DNA from: Candidatus Gottesmanbacteria bacterium
GTDB taxonomy: Bacteria; Patescibacteriota; Microgenomatia; UBA10105; UBA927
Assembly (NCBI GenBank): GCA_030679255.1
Contig: JAUXTO010000022.1
Location: 64,915-128,914 of the forward strand
Direction: 5' to 3'
DNA: 64,000 bases
This document shows, one piece after another, positions 45,741 through 55,635 of this stretch. The position numbers were made by a program, and so were the translations under genes. The notes below the pieces were generated by a model, which did no database searches, was not told the DNA's origin, and saw only the letters and a list, made by a program, of their open reading frames with translations. Numbering within the stretch: position 1 is the first letter of the stretch; every line of letters begins with the position of its first letter.

Positions 45741-47531
45741 TCACTTACTGAGAAGCTCACTCACCCCATTCCAAGACGACGGTTTATGTTTCAGAAACGC
45801 TTTGCATCGGTCAATAATCACGCGGGCAGGCATATCTCCTTTCAAAATCGGATGAGAAAGCACCTCCTTGGCTTCGTGAAATGTTCCCCGTTCGTAAAGC
45901 ATCAGTCCCTTTGCATACTGATCTATTTTTTTCTGCGTTACGGGATCCACGAGTCCGGTGACCCCCACGAGCTCATAGATTACGAGTGGCAACTTTTTCC
46001 CTTTCAAAATGACTGTATCCAATTTTCGAAATACAACCGCGCCCGGGCTTACCCGATTCACTTCATCAAAAAACGATTGAGAGCATGCGATGGGTACCCC
46101 GTATTGTTTCGTGACCCCTTCAAGCCGGGACGCCGTATTGACCGTATCCCCGATTGCCGTATAACTGAGCCGGTTGGACGAACCGACGTTACCGACCAGT
46201 GCGTCCCCGGTATGGAGACCAATGCCGATTGCCAACCGGTCAAACCGATCCATGCCATCCCGTATGGCGATTGCCGCCTTGGCTGTACGCACCGCATGAT
46301 CAACTTGATCCATTGGTGCATTCCAAAAGGCGACGATTGCGTCTCCGATGTATTTATCCACTGTTCCATCGCCATCGAGTATCCGTGTGGTTGCAAAAGA
46401 AAGAAACGTATTTAATAGAGCCACAAGCGCCTTTGGTTCCATGCTCTCGGATAGAGTGGTAAAAGACCGGATATCAGAAAAAAACACGGAAATCCGTCTG
46501 GTTTCCCCACCCAGCGTCAGCCGGTTTGGATGGGCGATGATCGCGTTGACGATATGGGGGCTCAAATATTTCCCAAATGCCTGTGTGACAAACCGTCGTT
46601 TGTGCCATTCAGAGAGATATTCCGCCGCCAACTGGGCGGCATACGTGACGACCAGTCCCACCTCCATATACCAGATATCGATACGCACTCCCCGCGCGTA
46701 TCCCACTATCGCCATGACGACCGGGACCATGCCCCACACGATGAGCAGTAATAATCCCCACACATATTTGAGGCGCCAAAGTACAAAGGCAAACGACATA
46801 AGGAACAACGAGGTCCCTAACAGATACATCATTTTTGACGCCTCGACCAGTGTCCTACCCGATACAAACGTATCGATCGCGTTTATATGAATAAACACGC
46901 CCGGAAGTAACGTATGGGTAAGCGGTGTACGCCGCATGTCCTGCAGAGACGGCGACGTGATGCCCACAAGGACGATCGGCGTGGTCGGTATTTGTTTACC
47001 GGAAAGCACATCAGACGCAGAAAATACCGGAAGCGATTTGGGGTCAAACCGATAATTCACGATCAGTCGGTCTGCGGGACAGAAAACATCGGCATTCCAC
47101 CGTTTAGCGACAGACAGCGCAAATGATCCCGTGCACGGGAACCGACGAACCACTCCGTCCCCGTCTATGTCCACCGTCACATGGGCGTCTTTTGCCGGAA
47201 GGACGACCGACCTTATATCACGAACCGTCATTTGAAACGCCGCATCCGCACGGCTTTCTGTCGGATCGTCAACGACGATATCATATCCGATGACCTTGGG
47301 TTTTCCCTCGGAAATTACCCGGAGAAGTTTCGCTTGGGTCTCCCTTGACCACGGCCAGCGGCCGATGGTCGTCAAGGAAACGTCATCAATTGCGACTAAA
47401 CTTATGGCCGTATTCTTCGTCCGGCTTGCGGTAAACAAAAAATCCGTTGAGCTCCGGCTAACGCTCGCAAACAGTCCCATCCATTGCCCTATCAAGATGA
47501 TGGCAGTCGTCAGAAAAAATATGATCTTCAT
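45741..47531 (-). CDS. CHASE2-domain class III adenylate/guanylate cyclase
   Basis: IGRWPWSR, DGDGVVRR, three TMs, FSDIRSFT, DKYIGDA and GDTVNTASRLE. Confidence 0.93.
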   Translation of the reverse strand: MKIIFFLTTAIILIGQWMGLFASVSRSSTDFLFTASRTKNTAISLVAIDDVSLTTIGRWPWSRETQAKLLRVISEGKPKVIGYDIVVDDPTESRADAAFQMTVRDIRSVVLPAKDAHVTVDIDGDGVVRRFPCTGSFALSVAKRWNADVFCPADRLIVNYRFDPKSLPVFSASDVLSGKQIPTTPIVLVGITSPSLQDMRRTPLTHTLLPGVFIHINAIDTFVSGRTLVEASKMMYLLGTSLFLMSFAFVLWRLKYVWGLLLLIVWGMVPVVMAIVGYARGVRIDIWYMEVGLVVTYAAQLAAEYLSEWHKRRFVTQAFGKYLSPHIVNAIIAHPNRLTLGGETRRISVFFSDIRSFTTLSESMEPKALVALLNTFLSFATTRILDGDGTVDKYIGDAIVAFWNAPMDQVDHAVRTAKAAIAIRDGMDRFDRLAIGIGLHTGDALVGNVGSSNRLSYTAIGDTVNTASRLEGVTKQYGVPIACSQSFFDEVNRVSPGAVVFRKLDTVILKGKKLPLVIYELVGVTGLVDPVTQKKIDQYAKGLMLYERGTFHEAKEVLSHPILKGDMPARVIIDRCKAFLKHKPSSWNGVSELLSK

Positions 47532-47561
47532 GGCTTGTTGTAGTATACTACCGCCACTAAT

Positions 47562-48707
47562 ATGAATCGATCTATAAAAATCGCGAGCATCATCATGACG
47601 ATTGCCGTTTCGTCATTTCTTCTCATACGGTCCTACCGGACTACCGTGCAACTACCACAGTCTCCCGATGCAACCGCGTCCTCTTCGGCCAACATCAAGC
47701 AGGCCTCGCCATCTGCAATCCTCATCATGAGTATCGGTGATGTTTTGGTGAAACAAGGGAACGAATGGAACACCGGATACGATGGGCAGGCGCTCCTTGA
47801 GGGCAACACCGTCAAAACCGGAACGCGAGGACTGGCATCGATCGAATTTGTTGACATCGGTGTTCTGCGCATGGAACAAAACACGGAAATTTCTCTGTCG
47901 AATCTTACCCCGGTTACGGTTCGCGTGTATCAAACCATCGGCGATACGTACTCAAAAGTCAAAAAGCTCTTCGACCCGGGAAGCGCTTATGAAGTGGAAA
48001 CCCCGACGGCGGTCGCTTCGGTACGGGGCACGGCGTTCGGAGTGTTGGTCAATATCCTGAAAGAAAGCCGTGTTATCGTCACGGATAATGCAGTTGCCGT
48101 TGCTCCGGTCCGGGAACTTGATGGTATCCGCACCCGTCTTTCACAAGTCACAGTAGAAAAAGGCCAGGCAACGATTATCAACCAGGAGGTGATTGCCCGC
48201 GCCGAGCAGTCGCAACTCCCGCCATCAGTCTCCCCTCAGGAGATCGTCCTTCCGAGAGAAAAATTACCATGGATCGAAAAGAACCGATCACGGGACGCCG
48301 AATTTGACCAGAAAGATCAACAAAAACTTCTCCAAAATATTCAAGGGGCAAGTTCCGGATCAGCTCAACGGGAGAAACGCGAAGAACAATCTATACCTAT
48401 CTCAACCACATCGCTCTCTCCGACTCCCGCAAATAATCCTATCCAACAAATCATCCAACCTATCCGTGAGGCGATAGAACGGTTGATAAGCCCACCCCCC
48501 AAACCACCCGAATCAGAAAAACCAACACTCACCCCATCACCATCTTTCTCTGATGAATCCAGGAACAAAACGCGTGATGAACAAAAAGAAAAGGAAAAAG
48601 AAAAGGAAAACGAAATGGAAAAAGAGAGAAAAAGGGAGAAAGAGAAAACTAAACCAATAACGACGCCTGAATCTTCAACAGCGCCTCCCAGGGTTCCATC
48701 CCTATAA
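47562..48707 (+). CDS. FecR-domain protein with low-complexity tail
   Basis: N-terminal TM, GNTVKTG and YEVETPTAVASVRGTAF. Confidence 0.85.
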   Translation: MNRSIKIASIIMTIAVSSFLLIRSYRTTVQLPQSPDATASSSANIKQASPSAILIMSIGDVLVKQGNEWNTGYDGQALLEGNTVKTGTRGLASIEFVDIGVLRMEQNTEISLSNLTPVTVRVYQTIGDTYSKVKKLFDPGSAYEVETPTAVASVRGTAFGVLVNILKESRVIVTDNAVAVAPVRELDGIRTRLSQVTVEKGQATIINQEVIARAEQSQLPPSVSPQEIVLPREKLPWIEKNRSRDAEFDQKDQQKLLQNIQGASSGSAQREKREEQSIPISTTSLSPTPANNPIQQIIQPIREAIERLISPPPKPPESEKPTLTPSPSFSDESRNKTRDEQKEKEKEKENEMEKERKREKEKTKPITTPESSTAPPRVPSL

Positions 48708-49230
48708 ACCTCAGTATCTCCGCTTCCAAATCCTTTACTTTGGGATAGGCCCGCGCTAGCAGTGCAAGCTCTTCCGGCGGGAGATGTTCCTCGTTCCATT
48801 GTTTGAAACGTGCGTCAACACCGATGACCTCCTGCTTGACCATTTTATCGGCAAAAAACAATAATTTTTCCTCCCAAGTCTTCGGGGCAATCATCGGATC
48901 AAGGATGGCATGCACCGAATGAGTTTTGACGATGTCCGCCACTTCCCCCATCCCCTCTTCCCGCAATATCCTCACCCCTGCGTCCGGATGCCGTTCCCCC
49001 GGCAGTTTCGGTACATTTTTATCGATATCATGAAGCAGTGCACCTGCAATCAAGAGTTTTTCATCAATTTTGACTTTTGACCTGCCTCGCCGGCGGGCGG
49101 GCTTTTGACTTTTGACTTTTGTGGCAAGAAATATTGCCACCCTCGCCACAAGCGCAACGTGCTCTCGCTTCTTTTCCGGCAATCCATACTTCTCCCACAA
49201 TTGTTTTGCCTGCTCTTCTGTAGGAATCAT
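48649..49230 (-). CDS. HD-domain phosphohydrolase
   Basis: EHVALV, ALLHDIDK, HPDAG and FADK. Confidence 0.88.
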   Translation of the reverse strand: MIPTEEQAKQLWEKYGLPEKKREHVALVARVAIFLATKVKSQKPARRRGRSKVKIDEKLLIAGALLHDIDKNVPKLPGERHPDAGVRILREEGMGEVADIVKTHSVHAILDPMIAPKTWEEKLLFFADKMVKQEVIGVDARFKQWNEEHLPPEELALLARAYPKVKDLEAEILRFIGMEPWEALLKIQASLLV

Positions 49231-49667
49231 GCCCGCTCCTCCCACCCAAATTCACTATAAAAAATCTTCTTCTGAACGCACTCGATCGCGTGACGGATGT
49301 AGGGAATGGTATTTACAGGAAGGTTTTTTAACGAAACCCACCGAAGGTCGTCACATTTCTTCGGCTCCCGGTTGACGGGCTTCTGATTACCGATATCAGC
49401 AGTAAAGAAAAAATCCATCCGGACATCCAGATGTTTCCGGTGCATGACGTGGACAAGGTTGAATGCTTGTGGCGCGAGGATAACTCCAATTTCTTCCATT
49501 ACTTCCCGCGCCATACACTGAGTCAGTGTCTCCCCGTCCTCCGCGTGTCCGGCCGGCAAACTATACTTCCCGTCTTCGTATCCGGTCTGAAACCGCCGCG
49601 ATAACAAAACTTTTCCATCACGAACAAGAATAAGATATGAGGAAGCAATCATCTTAAAGCGGTTCAT
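49227..49667 (-). CDS. NUDIX hydrolase
   Basis: PAGHAEDGETLTQCMAREVMEEIG and NREPKKCD. Confidence 0.92.
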   Translation of the reverse strand: MNRFKMIASSYLILVRDGKVLLSRRFQTGYEDGKYSLPAGHAEDGETLTQCMAREVMEEIGVILAPQAFNLVHVMHRKHLDVRMDFFFTADIGNQKPVNREPKKCDDLRWVSLKNLPVNTIPYIRHAIECVQKKIFYSEFGWEERA

Positions 49668-49675
49668 GGGAAGAA

Positions 49676-49975
49676 TTATCTCGCCCGTACTGCGCGGCTC
49701 GACCGCACGTCCTCCTGCAGCTTTTCCATGAGCCACATTCGTGCAAGTGTGGAGACGTTAAGCCCTTTGCGCATGGCAGTTTTTGCAAGGGCGTGTTTGA
49801 AGCTCTTTTGCAATCGAACAATCAGGCTTTCTTCCCGTGGACTATCCAAGTCAAACACAATATCCACGTCTTTCCACGTATCCCAGTAATCCGCAAAGCT
49901 GTGGCTATCCCAAAATTCAGCCTCTTCAAAGTAGGATTTAAAATGTGGAATTGAATCAATATTTTTCTTTTTCAT
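49676..49975 (-). CDS. BrnA/CopG-like antitoxin
   Basis: IPHFKS..EEAEFWDSH..KGLNVSTLARMWL. Confidence 0.85.
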   Translation of the reverse strand: MKKKNIDSIPHFKSYFEEAEFWDSHSFADYWDTWKDVDIVFDLDSPREESLIVRLQKSFKHALAKTAMRKGLNVSTLARMWLMEKLQEDVRSSRAVRAR

Positions 49976-50234
49976 ATACCCTCCTTCGCTCTTTTTTATC
50001 TGCGTCTCGGGCAGTAATCACCACATATTGACCGGTTTCTTCTCTATGTACGATGATCGATAAAATTCTCTCGCCCGTCCTTCCTATCACAATGTATCTG
50101 CCTTTGTATCCCCGTTTATGCGCAATCAGATGCTTCGCCGCATCTTCAGCCTCCGCGACTGAAACGTGGTGCTTCTGAACATGTTCGGCGTTCCATTCCT
50201 GCCAACGTAGCTTCTTAATGACAATCCTCGTCAT
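49956..50234 (-). CDS. BrnT toxin
   Basis: WNAEHVQKHHVS..VITARDADKKERR.Y. Confidence 0.88.
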   Translation of the reverse strand: MTRIVIKKLRWQEWNAEHVQKHHVSVAEAEDAAKHLIAHKRGYKGRYIVIGRTGERILSIIVHREETGQYVVITARDADKKERRRVYEKEKY

Positions 50235-50278
50235 AAATGTATTACACTGTTATACATTTGTCAAATCCAGGCACAATG

Positions 50279-50872
50279 CTAAACATTTGGCTTTTGTCCA
50301 TTGGCGCTGAAGTAGCCCAGGGCCTGGAGGACGAGATCGAGCGTTTCCAGGGGTCCGTGGGAGTACGTATTGATAATCAGATCATAGTGTTTGGGATCCC
50401 AAAAATCATCGGTCTTGTACATCCGTTGCCACTTAGAGAGGTTGCTCTCCTCCCGCATCCGGATATGATTTTTGGCATCCTCAACCGTGATGTTGTCGCG
50501 GTTGACGATCCGGTCAATCCGCAGCGCGTCATCACACATCAATAATACTTTCAGGACGTGTTTAATTCCCCGTGCATTCCACCCGGCGATCCAACTCTCG
50601 ATTGCCATGTGGACGCCGGGGTCGGAAATTTTCTCCCGCATCGCAACGTCTATCTGCAGATCCACCTCATCCCCATAATCCGTCGCCAGATGATGCTTGG
50701 GGTCATTGGGGTCCTGCTTGCCTGCTTTAATGGAAAACTGCCGCGACCAATCCCCACCGGAAAAAAATTCCCATTGAATCGGCTCCAAGTATTGGCGAAG
50801 ATTCTTCAGAAGCGTTGATCGCCCTGCGCCGGGACGGCTGGAGATGGCGACAGAAGAATACTTGAGCTTCAT
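50279..50872 (-). CDS. archaeal-type cytidylate kinase family
   Basis: ISSRPGAGRST, FSGG, RIDRIVNRD and YDLIINT; start taken at MKLKY. Confidence 0.75.
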   Translation of the reverse strand: MKLKYSSVAISSRPGAGRSTLLKNLRQYLEPIQWEFFSGGDWSRQFSIKAGKQDPNDPKHHLATDYGDEVDLQIDVAMREKISDPGVHMAIESWIAGWNARGIKHVLKVLLMCDDALRIDRIVNRDNITVEDAKNHIRMREESNLSKWQRMYKTDDFWDPKHYDLIINTYSHGPLETLDLVLQALGYFSANGQKPNV

Positions 50873-50896
50873 ATTCCTATTATAAAGAAGTATTGA

Positions 50897-50937
50897 TCCT
50901 TCGACAAGCTCAGAATCAATGCTGAGTTTATCGAAGC
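50897..50937. repeat. REP-like palindrome CTTCGACAAGCTCAG..CTGAGTTTATCGAAG
   Basis: Inverted pair; half copies occur in frame at ~6895, ~17627 and ~42112. Confidence 0.75.
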
Positions 50938-50972
50938 ATTGACTTCCGTCAAGGACCGAGAGATAATAACGC

Positions 50973-51551
50973 ATGGCAGACCAATATCTTCCGGTCACCT
51001 GGAATGAATTCCACTCCTTGAGTCTTCTTCTTGCCGAGCAAATCCTAAAAAGCAAAAAACCAATAGATGAAATCGTGGCGATTGCCCGAGGCGGACTTTC
51101 CCTTGGCCTCATCCTCACGGATCTTCTCCAAAAACCCATATCAACCATCACCATCCAAAGCTATACGGATATAGAAAAACAAGGAGAACTCACGATTACA
51201 AGCAAGCTCGGCAAACAGATCAAAGATAAAAATATCTTGCTGGTCGATGACATCGCCGACTCCGGCAAGACATTTCAAAGAGCGATAAAATATTTACAGG
51301 CATTCCGCCCGGCATCCATCACCACCGCAGCTCTTTTTTACAAACCTCACTCGGTGTTCCGCCCGAATTTCTTTGCCAAAGAAACCAGCCTCTGGATCCT
51401 CCTCCCCCACGAAGTTGCCGAATGGATCACGACGTTTACCGCATCGATGACCAAGGAGGGTAAATCAAAAACAGAAATTCATGCATTTTTACAGAAAATA
51501 GGCTATAATGACGACCAAATCGAATTTGCCCACACGCATTATCCCTCATGA
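50973..51551 (+). CDS. purine phosphoribosyltransferase (Gpt/Hpt-like)
   Basis: AIARGG and ILLVDDIADSGKT. Confidence 0.9.
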   Translation: MADQYLPVTWNEFHSLSLLLAEQILKSKKPIDEIVAIARGGLSLGLILTDLLQKPISTITIQSYTDIEKQGELTITSKLGKQIKDKNILLVDDIADSGKTFQRAIKYLQAFRPASITTAALFYKPHSVFRPNFFAKETSLWILLPHEVAEWITTFTASMTKEGKSKTEIHAFLQKIGYNDDQIEFAHTHYPS

Positions 51552-52378
51552 TACAACCAGAAAGCGGAATTATCCGCGAACCACACATCCACTTTCACGA
51601 TGTGACGAAAGAACTGGTCGACCAGTGTGACGCGAGGGAAGCCGAAAAAATCGTTGTTGGCCTCATCGCCGAGCGCGCACGGGTAAAAGAAGGCGGCATC
51701 ATCCTTTCCTGGAGCGAGTTTAATGAAAATCCGGATCCTTTGGTCAACAGACTGCTCGCAAAAATACTCGTCGCACAGATTGATCCCAAGTTTTTAGAAG
51801 GCGTCACCGCCGCAGAAATTGCCGTCCTCTCGATCGAAAATTCAGCCGGGTACTTGGCCTCGGAAGTCACCCATGAACTCGCCCGGCAACTCAAGTTATC
51901 TAAACCCCCGCGTATCATCCGCGCACGGAAAGCAGAAGGCGGAAAAAAACCCTCTCCCGCTATGGGGGGACATACCGCCTGGGTCGACGTCCATCCTATT
52001 ACATCCGGCGGACAACCACGCACGCTGGTGGCTTCCATGGCAGATACAGATGATTTAAAGAATATTAAGGTCCTCATCCCGGTCGATGACTTCCGCGCGA
52101 CGGGCAGCTCGCTTAACGGCGGCGTCAACCTGGGGCTCGGACTTTTGGAGCAAGCAGGGGTGGATATCTCGACAATCCTAGTTCTTCCGATGGCAGGACT
52201 CGGGAAGCCAGAACAGGAAAGAGCCATCCACAGCAGCAATCATCGCGCATTCACGGTCATGACGGCCGTCAACGTCCATTTTTGGGCAGACAGAGACCTG
52301 GGGCATGCGCTCGTACAGGCCAACGGTTTTCCTCCCCACATCATGCACAATGCAAGTGTTGCAGATTTCTCTTCTTGA
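51548..52378 (+). CDS. divergent phosphoribosyltransferase-like protein
   Basis: SIENSA, RARK and PVDDFRATGSS. Confidence 0.75.
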   Translation: MIQPESGIIREPHIHFHDVTKELVDQCDAREAEKIVVGLIAERARVKEGGIILSWSEFNENPDPLVNRLLAKILVAQIDPKFLEGVTAAEIAVLSIENSAGYLASEVTHELARQLKLSKPPRIIRARKAEGGKKPSPAMGGHTAWVDVHPITSGGQPRTLVASMADTDDLKNIKVLIPVDDFRATGSSLNGGVNLGLGLLEQAGVDISTILVLPMAGLGKPEQERAIHSSNHRAFTVMTAVNVHFWADRDLGHALVQANGFPPHIMHNASVADFSS

Positions 52379-52778
52379 CGCTGCCCCTTGCTATCCGCTA
52401 CTCTCCCAGTATAGGGCTAGACACGCGCCCTATTTTTAGTGGATTCGTAGCTATTTCGATTCATAGAGAAAATGCGTACGAGCCATAATCCGCCGAAGCG
52501 AATATTCATCTGCGTGGACGTAGACCACGAGATGAACATGAGCGAAGGAGGAGATGGTATTCATTCATATTCATACATTTCCGGCGCAGAAAAGGAGACC
52601 CTATGGCAGTGTCAGAAATGCAAAATCCTGGTCACCTCGCTCCCACTGACGGTGATTCAGCGCCCAAGGTGATAATAATAAAAAAAGATGTTCAAGTAAT
52701 CTATCTTTCTGGATCTGAATCTTCAGAAGAAGATGAACAAAGAGCATTGGAAGAAACAACCATCGGAGATACGTAAAA

Positions 52779-53279
52779 ATGACTTGGACTCCTGAACGTT
52801 CATTCCATCGGGGAGATAGAGATGGTCAATATTACATGACTGGAGTACTTGACCGGGAAACAACGATGAAAAGCGTTGCACAAGAAGTTGCCCGTTTTTT
52901 TCACATACAATCATATCATGCAGTACTACCGCCGCCTGATCCATATTGCACAGAAGAAGACGAGCAACTTGTTACCATCTTACAAGATACGCTAAGTGAA
53001 CAAAATAGTCACCAGCATTCAGATGCAATATTGCATATTGTCGCATGGAGTTTAACTGTTCCCACGGCAATCATGAGTGCGCGGATTATTCACGCCCAAT
53101 GCGCCCAACACAATATACAGTTTCGTGGCATCGGTTGTGGATTTTTAACGATCCCTAATGAATTTCAGGGGCCCTATCAACTTTTTTCTGACGAAACTTG
53201 GAATCGTGAGGCTGGAATTACTCCATTTGTCCCTTTATATCGATGCACTGCCCAACCCGCTGACTGCTTGCAAGCATAA
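52779..53279 (+). CDS. hypothetical protein
   Basis: 166-aa ORF collinear with the purine cluster. Confidence 0.5.
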   Translation: MTWTPERSFHRGDRDGQYYMTGVLDRETTMKSVAQEVARFFHIQSYHAVLPPPDPYCTEEDEQLVTILQDTLSEQNSHQHSDAILHIVAWSLTVPTAIMSARIIHAQCAQHNIQFRGIGCGFLTIPNEFQGPYQLFSDETWNREAGITPFVPLYRCTAQPADCLQA

Positions 53280-53301
53280 CGCATCCGCAGTAAGATAGCG
53301 T

Positions 53302-53928
53302 ATGGCTCCACAAGATCTGAAAAACGATCGCGACTTTCTCCACCAGGAATTCCTCCGCGATGCCAAAGTCATTGATCTCGAGCGCGGGTACGTCTCCGCT
53401 TCTTCATTTAACCTTCGCATGAAGCCATCAATCCTTGCTGCGGCCGCCCGTCTCATCGCTCACGAATTTAAAAACGAAAAAATTGATATCATCCACGGCA
53501 TCCCCCACTCCGGCAATTATCTGGCGACCGCCGTCGCCCTTGCCCTCGATAACCCCACATTGCGTCTCCACAGCTCCCGCAAAGATCAAAACGTGCCGAC
53601 GACGTGGAAAGATATTTTCCGCGCAGAACTTCGCTCGTTTACGACGAGTAACAGCGGCATGTCCGTATTTTCCGGCATCAACCTCTCCTTTGTCCTTCCC
53701 GGCGACCGGATCCTCATCGTCGATGACGTGTGCGCCACGGGCGAAACGGGTGTCGGCATCATTGAGGGCCTCCTCAAGCGCGGTGTTCATATCGCCGGAT
53801 TTGCGGTATTATTTGATAAAGTATTTCAGGGGGGACTCGAGGAAGTCAAAAAACTCGGCATAAAAGTCTACTCCTGTATCCATGTCCGTGAAATCGGCAA
53901 ACATGATTCAGTCGTTATTACACCATAA
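53302..53928 (+). CDS. purine phosphoribosyltransferase (Xpt/Apt-like)
   Basis: GIPHSG, SRK and RILIVDDVCATGET..FDKVFQGG. Confidence 0.88.
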   Translation: MAPQDLKNDRDFLHQEFLRDAKVIDLERGYVSASSFNLRMKPSILAAAARLIAHEFKNEKIDIIHGIPHSGNYLATAVALALDNPTLRLHSSRKDQNVPTTWKDIFRAELRSFTTSNSGMSVFSGINLSFVLPGDRILIVDDVCATGETGVGIIEGLLKRGVHIAGFAVLFDKVFQGGLEEVKKLGIKVYSCIHVREIGKHDSVVITP

Positions 53929-53930
53929 CT

Positions 53931-54110
53931 ATGAGCTCAGAAGATACACCAAATAAAAAAATACCTCTCGAAGTAATTGAACGAATACGCGAGAAGATGA
54001 ATGGAGATGGAGATCCCGATAGTCACTATTATGAATACGTCCCGGTGACTCCTAAACAACAGTCTGTTTATGACAAGCCGGTTGAACCACAGCCGGACGA
54101 GGCAAGCTAA
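53931..54110 (+). CDS. 59-aa acidic small protein (below the ORF-track cutoff)
   Basis: MSSEDTPNKK...PQPDEAS exactly fills the gap: 2 bp after the PRTase stop and 1 bp before the guaA ATG. Confidence 0.55.
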   Translation: MSSEDTPNKKIPLEVIERIREKMNGDGDPDSHYYEYVPVTPKQQSVYDKPVEPQPDEAS

Positions 54111-54111
54111 T

Positions 54112-55629
54112 ATGATCCTCATCATCGACTTTGGATCCCAAACCGCCCACCTCATCGGCCGCAGGCTTCGCACGCTTGGCGTCCCCGTGGGTTATTGCAA
54201 TCCCGAAGATGCGCTTTCTTATATTAAAGATAACCAGCCCAACGGTATCATCCTCTCCGGTGGGCCCAATGACATCAGTCACGACGCATCTCTGTCTGTC
54301 GACAAACAACTGTTCAACCTCGGATTGCCGGTACTGGGAATCTGCTATGGCTGGCAACTCATGGCACATCTCTTAGGCGGGACGGTCAAACATTCCAAAA
54401 AAGAATACGGCCCCGAGGAATTAGCGCTTGATAAGCGTACCAGTATATTCAATCTACCCCGAAAAAAATTCTCCGTTATCATGTCTCATGGCGACACCGT
54501 GACGAAATTGCCAAAAGATTTTATTGCGGTTGGGTCTACCAAACAAGTCCGTTTCGCCGCAGTAGTTAATGAAAAGAAAAAATTGTTTGGCGTCCAATTT
54601 CATCCCGAGGCGGATCATACGGAACATGGGACAGAACTACTGCAGAATTTTGCAATCGATATATGCGGTGAGTCACTCTCCCCTTTTGTATTAGATCCCA
54701 ACAAAATTATCCACTCTATTATAGATACCGTCGGTAAAAATAAAGTTATCTGTGCCGTTTCGGGAGGCGTGGATAGCACGGTCACTGCATTTCTCATCGG
54801 GAAAGCAATCGGCAATAACTTAATTCCGGTTTATGTAGATAGTGGTCTTATGCGACCTGGTACGGAAAAACGGGTCCATCATATATTTACAAAACTTATC
54901 CATGCAAATCTCGTTGTCGTCGATGCCCGAAAACAATTTATGGCGGCTCTCAAAGGCGTCACAGACCCAGAAGTGAAGAGAAAAACAATCGGCAAACTCT
55001 ACATCGACATATTTCAAGAACAATCGCTCAAACAAAAAGATGCCTCATTTCTTGGTCAGGGAACGATTTATTCTGATGTCATCGAAAGTAAAGGCAGTAA
55101 ACACGCTTCTCACATCAAGTCCCACCACAACGTCGGCGGCTTACCGAAAGACATGAAGCTCACGCTCCTCGAGCCCTTGCGGAATTTTTATAAGGACGAG
55201 GTTAGAGCAATTGGTCGACTCATCGGATTGCCCAATGAGACTGTACAGGAACAGGTATTTCCGGGCCCAGGCTATGCGGTCCGTATCCGAGGAGAAGTCA
55301 CCACCGAACGGCTTGAGCAGATTAAACGAGCAGATAGTATCGTTGTGGATGAAATGAAAAAGGCTGGACTCTACGATAAAACGTATATGTGCTTTGCGAT
55401 CATGACCGGCACACATTCTACCGCCGTCAAAGGAGATGCGCGGGTATTTGCGGAAGTTGTCGCTATTCGTTCCGTCGATTCGCAGGATGTGATGACGAGT
55501 GAATGGACGCGCATCCCACATGACGTTCTTCATGTCATGGCGTCCCGAATCGTCAATGAAGTACCCAACATCTCCCGCGTCGTCTACGACATCACGACCA
55601 AACCCCCGGCGACCATGGAATGGGAATAA
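54112..55629 (+). CDS. guaA: GMP synthase (glutamine-hydrolysing)
   Basis: IIDFGSQ, LGICYG, QFHPE, SGGVDS, KSHHNVGG and YDITTKPPATMEWE. Confidence 0.98.
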   Translation: MILIIDFGSQTAHLIGRRLRTLGVPVGYCNPEDALSYIKDNQPNGIILSGGPNDISHDASLSVDKQLFNLGLPVLGICYGWQLMAHLLGGTVKHSKKEYGPEELALDKRTSIFNLPRKKFSVIMSHGDTVTKLPKDFIAVGSTKQVRFAAVVNEKKKLFGVQFHPEADHTEHGTELLQNFAIDICGESLSPFVLDPNKIIHSIIDTVGKNKVICAVSGGVDSTVTAFLIGKAIGNNLIPVYVDSGLMRPGTEKRVHHIFTKLIHANLVVVDARKQFMAALKGVTDPEVKRKTIGKLYIDIFQEQSLKQKDASFLGQGTIYSDVIESKGSKHASHIKSHHNVGGLPKDMKLTLLEPLRNFYKDEVRAIGRLIGLPNETVQEQVFPGPGYAVRIRGEVTTERLEQIKRADSIVVDEMKKAGLYDKTYMCFAIMTGTHSTAVKGDARVFAEVVAIRSVDSQDVMTSEWTRIPHDVLHVMASRIVNEVPNISRVVYDITTKPPATMEWE

Positions 55630-55635
55630 AACCAT

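Noticed and set aside
50873-51154. N-terminal extension of the 291-aa ORF
   Set aside because: It is antisense to the PRTase and runs through an intergenic palindrome; the real start is likely 50872.
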